Shown here piece by piece: positions 51,301 through 57,579 of a stretch of DNA of 64,000 nt. This stretch comes from Ostreococcus lucimarinus (lineage: Eukaryota), in NCBI GenBank assembly GCA_000092065.1, contig CP000587.1; one strand, written 5' to 3'. The translations under genes were made by a program, and so were the position numbers. The notes under the pieces are model-generated. The model was given only the letters and a program-made list of their open reading frames with translations, was not told where the DNA came from and made no database searches. How positions within the stretch are numbered: the stretch's first letter is position 1; every line of letters starts with the position of its first letter.

Positions 51301-53765
51301 GCGAGAGCAACGCCCAAGTACAAGATGATCGCTAGGTATACCACCGTCAAGAGTTCAACCTCAAGTTTTAAGGCATCGACGGATTCGCGGTCGGGGCAAC
51401 TCGTGTCCCCAGGTTGCTCAAATCGCTCTTTTTGATCTTCTATGTACGTCTCCAACTCTGTAAATATTGTCGGCGGCTCCGGACACGCTCTGTTATTTTT
51501 GCGATGAATCTGTCGCATGTGGTGACAGGTCAAAAAAGTGCTTTGCAATGCTGTCGAAACCGGGTTGATCAACCCCTTTGGATGCGTCAAGATTGCACTA
51601 AAGTTCTCGAAGTGCGCATAAATCGGTGTCGGCTCGTTCGGATTGAGCTTGATTCCGTGGAATGCCTCCGCCTCGGCGCGCATGAACAAGTGCATCGTCC
51701 TGTTGTGATAACTTTTCATAAATTTCGAGCAGTCTGGATACATGTCGATATTGTAGGCTGGCTGATTATCTTGTCCGTGGAATATAGTACAGCTCCCCCC
51801 GTCCTTCCAAAGCAGCTTCAGCATGTAATAAGCAGCTCTTGGTCGCAGTAGGTCCACTTTGTTTATGCTACACTTCTTCTTCACCGCCATCACTCCGAAC
51901 CACTCCTCGGACACATACAAGTCAGGCTGCGTCGGGGACATGTATCCACACGGAGAATGTAAATATTCTTTCAGCGATGGGCATACTCGCGTGATCGTTG
52001 GAATGCGCTCGTCGTTGGTTGGCACAGGAGTCACTGCTTTGCCTTTCCAGTATTCGTCGACCCAAGCCATGATGGCCCCCCCGGACGTAAATCTAACTCC
52101 GCAACCCGATTTGCACGCCGTGGAGTGTCGCTCTATATCTTCTACCATCGTAGAGAGCCAATCTGCCTGTGAAACCTCATCCTCGGTCCCCATCGTGTCG
52201 TACCCGTTGAGACCATCCAGTTCTGGATTGAGGCTAAAGGCATCAACCCCATACTCCGTAATCAAAAACGGACGTTTGCTCACCAGATGGTATCGCTGAA
52301 ACAGTCCCATTGGAGAAAAGTAACGCCGCGTGTACAAGTTAACGCCCCAAAAGTCGATTTGATCCATGTACCGATCGGCTAACTTTATCCAACTCAAAGC
52401 TCCCCACAGCTGGCGTCCCACCAGATGCTGCTTAGTCTTTGGCAAATTTACGTTCGCTATGGCTGTGCCGCAGAGCATGTTTTCTGATCGGACCATCCCG
52501 CAGAGCATGTTGATCGACTTCATCAGCTTTTCGATCGAATCGTCAAACTGACATCCGCCTACCCCAAAGTTTTCGGCCAAATCGCTATCACACACGTACA
52601 AATTCCACGGGCCGTTCAACTCGTTGCCGACAATCCAACCGACCACGGCCGGATGCTTCGCCGATCGTACAAGTTTGCGTAGTTCAGCTTGCGTATTCTC
52701 CATCGTCTCTGCGGTGTTAAAGAAGCTTTTCGTACCGTCTTCAAAGTCATAGCCGACGAGAATTGATATGTTGTACTGGTGCGCCAAATCAAAGAATTGC
52801 CTATGCCGCTTGGAAAACTTCAACGTGTAGATGCGCATCGTGTTCACGCCCGCAGCGGCCATGAGAGGTATGTCGCGCTCAAATATACCCGCGTAGTCAT
52901 TCGTAAAAAAGTCACCATACGGCTCAAACCAATCTGGGTCCCATCCGACCGGCACGGGGGAGTAACACACCGCGCGCATCAACCATGGTTTGCCGTCGAG
53001 GTACAGGGTACGCCCGAGCCGACGCATTCGACCGGTGTCCCATGTCGTGTTCAACATCGGCGGGTTTAAAAATCTCTTCACCAGCTCTCGTCCCGACCGC
53101 TTGCCGTGCTCGTACTCATCGTCGACAAACGCGGGATCGTAAATCGCCTCGTCCGTCAACGCCAAGCCCGGCTGTACCGTCCCCGCTCTGTTCATTTCGC
53201 TTTGCTTCGAATAAGACGACGAGCGCGATTCACCTTCCGCTACGTCTCTGTTCGCGCGCCCACCGCGTGTGGTCTGCCCTAATGCCGGAAGCGGCCGCGC
53301 CTCGCGCGTCCCCGCCGCCGTCTTCTCCGCCGCCGTCCTCGGTCTCGCCTCGTTAAAGTCCCACACCGATCCCGACAGCCGTTCATTCAGGGCGTCTAAG
53401 TCGACCGTCCCGCTCGTCTCGCTCGCGCTTCGCGCCCCATCGATCGTCCTCGCGCGCTCAAACGTCCGCGCTCCTTCGTCCGCCGCGTCAACACCCTCTC
53501 GGAGGCGGAGCGACTCGCCGCCCGTCGTTCCACCTTCCGTCGCCCCCATCATCGCGTCCGACGCCACCGACCGCGCGCCCGCGTCCCCCCGTCGCGCGAC
53601 GACGGCCAAGACCACTCCCACGACGCCCACGAGCGCCGCGAACGCGCGTCGATGATCGACCCACGCGCCCCGTCCTCGTCCTCGTCGCGATTCTCCCGCC
53701 TCTCTCCCTCGCGTCGCGCCATCGCGCCGCGCGCCGAGCATCGGCGTTCTCTCCGCCGCGCTCAT
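39303..53765 (-). CDS. Giant 4,820-aa single-exon protein: signal-anchor, clan GH-A glycoside hydrolase / transglycosylase domain, then two tandem complete FKS/callose-synthase-type (GT48) 1,3-beta-glucan synthase units
   Basis: The GH domain (plus 53000-51600) has VGNELNGPW (acid/base NE) and FLITEYGVD (nucleophile TEYG). Unit 1 has FKS domain-1 [15 protein letters not shown] and catalytic [39 protein letters not shown]...[32 protein letters not shown]. Unit 2 has [15 protein letters not shown] and [38 protein letters not shown]...[32 protein letters not shown]. Each unit has multi-TM blocks. Uninterrupted 14,463-nt ORF with ATG at 53765-53763. Confidence 0.95.
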   Translation of the reverse strand: [4820 protein letters not shown]

Positions 53766-53989
53766 CGCGCTTCCGTCCGCGCGCGCGTCCTCGTCGCGCG
53801 CCGCGGTGTGCGGCCGATCGCGTCGCGTCGCGTCGCGTCGCGTCCCGTTCGAGCCTCGGATTCGCGCGCCGCGATTTCGCGCATTCGAGCATCCGATCGG
53901 CCCATTTATCGATCGCGATTTTCCCGCGGGCGGTCCGTCCGCGCGCCAACACCATTCCGCGACCGGCGCGACTCGGCGACGCGCGCGCG

Positions 53990-55930
53990 ATGGCGACGGC
54001 GGCCGCGCGCGCCGATGCGGACGCGCGCGACGCGCGCGACGCGCGCGCGTCGACGCGCGACGGCGAGACGACGACGACGCGCGAGGACCGCGCGAAAAGG
54101 GGCGCGACGCGACGACGACGCGAGGCGCTGCTTGGCATGGTGTTGGCGTGCGTCGTCGCTCGCTTCGCGCGCGTCGGCGCGGACGACGGCGCGGAATCGA
54201 GCGAGAGCGGTGGAGGCGGCGTCGCGGAAGCGGCGCTTGGGATCGAGCGCGACGCGCGGTGGGGCGCGGCGCGCGGGATGGCGAGTTTGAACGCGAAGCG
54301 AGTGCACTTTCGATCGGAGGGCGAGCGGGCGGCGCTCGGGGCGGCGCCGGACGGCGCGAAAGACGCGAGCGATGGTTTCGAGATGACGATGACGGAGTTT
54401 GAGCATTACATGCGATTGCACGGGAAGAGTAAGCAGACGTACTGCAGTCGAAGGGAGGGGGGGGCGGCGCAAGACGTGCGCGCGTGCGAGGCGACGTTGA
54501 GTCGCGCCGAGGCGAGTTTCCGACGTAATCAGAGGATCGTGGCGCAACATAACGCCGATCCGTCGAATACGTTCAAGTTGCGGCTTAACAAATTCGCGGA
54601 TGTGGACTCGGAAGATTTTCAGGCATCGCAGCTCAGGTATAGCGCGCGTCCGATGTCCAAGTTGCGCTCGCACCATCAAAACGCCAAGCGCTTTGCGCGT
54701 CACTTCGCGAGCGGAATGTTGGGGCAATCGGACGTCGATCGAACGGAGTTTCCAAAGCGTTTCAATTGGAAAGACGTTCCCAACGTCATGGGCCGCGTGC
54801 ATAATCAAAAGCAAGACTGCGCCTCTTGCTGGGCGTACGTGACGACCGATATTCTCGAGTCGCTCATGGTGATTAGAAAGGTCACGCCCGTGCACGAGGA
54901 ACTGGCAGTGGACGAACTCATCAACTGCGACACGTATGACAGTGGATGTGCCACGGGGAACATGTTTACCGCTTTCGAGTGGATCGAGACAAAAGGCGGC
55001 ATCGCGACGAATAAGAATTTCAATGGCCTTCTCGACGGCATCAGCAAGAAGCCTGAGTCGTGGTTTTCGAAAGTTCAGGCGCACGCGGGACCCATCGGCT
55101 ATGCGAACGATGACTTAGCGCCCGAGTTTTCAACGAGGCCCGAACCTCACTTTGAATCGGCGCTGAAGGTTGAACCGGGCGTGACGCTGGAGAAGGTGCA
55201 AGAACAAATGTGCATGGCCAGCGAGAAACCCGACTGGCCGCGGGTAGCGCAAGTGCACGGCTACTGCGAGCTTTCTCTGAGTGGAGGCGAGAAAGAGCTC
55301 ATGCATGCGTTGTCTAAATCACCGGTTGCGATCGGGGTCAACGCCAACAAGAAGTTTCAGTTGTACGACAGAGGTATTTTGCGCTTGAAGGATTGTCCTC
55401 CAGCGCCGCATACGTCAGAGACCATGTACACGGCCATCAACCACGCCGCTTTACTCACGGGCTGGGGCGAAGAAAAGATGCCTAACGGTGAAGTTGTCAA
55501 GTACTGGGAGGTGAAGAATAGTTTTGGCTCGGACTGGGGTGAAGGTGGTTACTTTCGCGTCGAACGCGGACCCGTGACGGCGGAAGGGCTTGGAACTTGC
55601 GGTATGTATTTCGAGAGCGTTTACCCGATCGTCGACGAGAAAGAGGCGCGCGCGCAAGAGTGCGTTCCGGGTGCGACGTTTCGCAGGGATTACTATCGCG
55701 CTCTTATGGGCGGGGCGGCGCAGCAAGGACGTTCGTTCATGCAGTTTTTCGATTCGAACGACGACGCCATGGCGGTCCGCCTTGCCCTTCTTGTCGCCGC
55801 GGGATTTGTGATGACTGTGACGCTCGTGACTCGCGTTACGAGGATGGTGAAGCGTACGTGCGCACCACAAGAAGGGCGTGCACCGCTGCTCGATTCGAAT
55901 GGCGCTCGCCGCGGGTCCGACTTGGTATAG
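53990..55930 (+). CDS. Cathepsin L-like papain-family (C1A) cysteine protease: signal peptide, I29 propeptide, and C-terminal transmembrane anchor
   Basis: The ERFNIN-like propeptide is EASFRRNQRIVAQHNAD. The catalytic Cys is QDCASCWAY, the His is NHAALLTGWG, and the Asn/Trp is NSFGSDWGEGGYFRVERG. The C-terminal TM segment is AVRLALLVAAGFVMTVTLVT plus a short tail. Confidence 0.9.
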   Translation: MATAAARADADARDARDARASTRDGETTTTREDRAKRGATRRRREALLGMVLACVVARFARVGADDGAESSESGGGGVAEAALGIERDARWGAARGMASLNAKRVHFRSEGERAALGAAPDGAKDASDGFEMTMTEFEHYMRLHGKSKQTYCSRREGGAAQDVRACEATLSRAEASFRRNQRIVAQHNADPSNTFKLRLNKFADVDSEDFQASQLRYSARPMSKLRSHHQNAKRFARHFASGMLGQSDVDRTEFPKRFNWKDVPNVMGRVHNQKQDCASCWAYVTTDILESLMVIRKVTPVHEELAVDELINCDTYDSGCATGNMFTAFEWIETKGGIATNKNFNGLLDGISKKPESWFSKVQAHAGPIGYANDDLAPEFSTRPEPHFESALKVEPGVTLEKVQEQMCMASEKPDWPRVAQVHGYCELSLSGGEKELMHALSKSPVAIGVNANKKFQLYDRGILRLKDCPPAPHTSETMYTAINHAALLTGWGEEKMPNGEVVKYWEVKNSFGSDWGEGGYFRVERGPVTAEGLGTCGMYFESVYPIVDEKEARAQECVPGATFRRDYYRALMGGAAQQGRSFMQFFDSNDDAMAVRLALLVAAGFVMTVTLVTRVTRMVKRTCAPQEGRAPLLDSNGARRGSDLV

Positions 55931-56069
55931 CGCCGCTCGCGAGGATTGAGGATTAGATAGGCTGTAATTCATCGACACTTGTCGTCGTCGTCTTGTTTTA
56001 CATGTCGTTTGCGGGATATTGAAAGATTACTTGTAGCAGCTGCGAGAATAATAGTTGCGAGTGTGCGGA

Positions 56070-56942
56070 TCAAGTCGAGTCTTCATCGAAGCTGTCTTGA
56101 TCCAACGTGCAGTCCTCCGTAAAACAGGTGCCGGTTTCTTCTTCGACTGCTTTTGTTGCTAGTTTCCCGACGTACCCGGCGCTAAAGATCGCCAAACCGA
56201 CGCCAAAGAGAGTTGATAAGACGGCACTTCCACCTAGCGCGCCCTCGGCGACCTGTCTCGTGGCCGTGCCCGCGGATACGTACGCAAACGTTCCAGGCAT
56301 CATTCCGAAAAAGGAACCGACGACGTAAGACCTGAACTTCACCGACGTCAAGCCGTAGAGATAGTTGCTCAGAGCGAACGGCATCAGCGGTGAAAGACGC
56401 ATGATGGCGACGACGCGCAAACTGTCCTCTCCGATCGCCTTATCGATCGCCTTGAACTTGGGATATTTTTCCGCCAGGCTCATCACCTTGTCGCGCGCGA
56501 CGTATCTGGAAATCAAAAAAGCGATAGCCGCCGCGATCGTCGCCGCCGTCGTCACGAGCAACGTGCCCGAGTACGTGCCGAACAACGCTCCAGCGGACAT
56601 GGTGAGCGGAAACGCCGGCACCGCCAAGACTTCCAGCGCGACGTATCCCATCAAAAACAACGCGTACCCCGTCGGCCCGAGCGACTCGATGTAATCCGTA
56701 AACGCACCCAGCGAGGCGAACAGCTCATCCTTGTACGTCAACCCCGCCGCCGCGAGCAAGACGACGACCATCGCGGCCAAAACGTACCCAAAGTTATTCC
56801 TCTTGCCCTCCTCGCTCGCCGCCGCCGCGCTCTCCGCGCCCTCGCTCGTCTCCGCGAGCAGACTCGCCAGCTCCACGTCATCCATCTCCGTCTGCACCGC
56901 GTCCGCGGCGAACCACCGTCGTCCATCTCCCGCGCCTTTCAT
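56070..56942 (-). CDS. TVP38/TMEM64 (DedA / SNARE-associated Golgi protein) family membrane protein
   Basis: YALFLMGYVALEVLAVPAFPLTMSAGALFG...RLSPLMPFALSNYLYGLTSVKFRSYVVGSFFGMMPGTFAYV is the DedA/TVP38 core. The start is taken as MKGAG (+-3 nt). The upstream Arg-rich part of the track ORF is probably not coding. Confidence 0.75.
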   Translation of the reverse strand: MKGAGDGRRWFAADAVQTEMDDVELASLLAETSEGAESAAAASEEGKRNNFGYVLAAMVVVLLAAAGLTYKDELFASLGAFTDYIESLGPTGYALFLMGYVALEVLAVPAFPLTMSAGALFGTYSGTLLVTTAATIAAAIAFLISRYVARDKVMSLAEKYPKFKAIDKAIGEDSLRVVAIMRLSPLMPFALSNYLYGLTSVKFRSYVVGSFFGMMPGTFAYVSAGTATRQVAEGALGGSAVLSTLFGVGLAIFSAGYVGKLATKAVEEETGTCFTEDCTLDQDSFDEDST

Positions 56943-57579
56943 CGCCCGCACCCACGCGACGTCGCGCCTCCTTCCCGCGCGCGTCGCCGCGTCTCCGTTC
57001 GCGCGTCGTCCCCGCGCGCGTCCCGTCTCCCGCCTCCCCAGCGTCCCCGTTCGCATCCGCGCGCGCACGACCGTCGTCGTCGCCATCGCCATCGCTCGCG
57101 TCGTCGCGCGCGTCGTCACCGCGTCCGCGTCTCGTCCGTTCGCGCGCCGTCCGTCGCGCGTCGCTCGCGTCGTCCGTCGTCCGTCGTGGATAAGCGCTCG
57201 CGCGCGCGCGCCTTCGCGTATCCCGTCGCGTCGTCGCCGCGCGCGCGACTCGACGGCGCGCGCGCGCGGTTCGCGTCGATCGGCGCTCGCGTCGAGGCGC
57301 TCACCGTCGGCGTCGCGCGTCGCGCGGTGGCGCCGACGTCGGCGTCGACGCGAATCCGCGGTCGCGACGTCGACGGGATGTCGCGCGTTCGAGGCGCGTT
57401 TAGCGCCATGTAAGTCATATATGCGTTGTTTTATGTACTCGGACATTCGGGTCAGGTATTTCAGTGATACTGCTTTTAGTACGTGAAAAGACGCCCACCG
57501 TCGGCGACGCGCGACGCCGACGGCGCGCGAGAGCGGCGCGCGCGCGACGCGTCGAGGCGGTCGACGCGACGACGCGTCG

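Noticed and set aside
53488-55084. ORFs 53488-54138 (-), 53652-54290 (+), 53806-54402 (+) and 53906-55084 (-) around the glucan synthase and cathepsin 5' ends
   Set aside because: They are Arg-rich translations of the GC-rich 5' regions and antisense of the cathepsin gene. The cathepsin frame alone carries the catalytic motifs.
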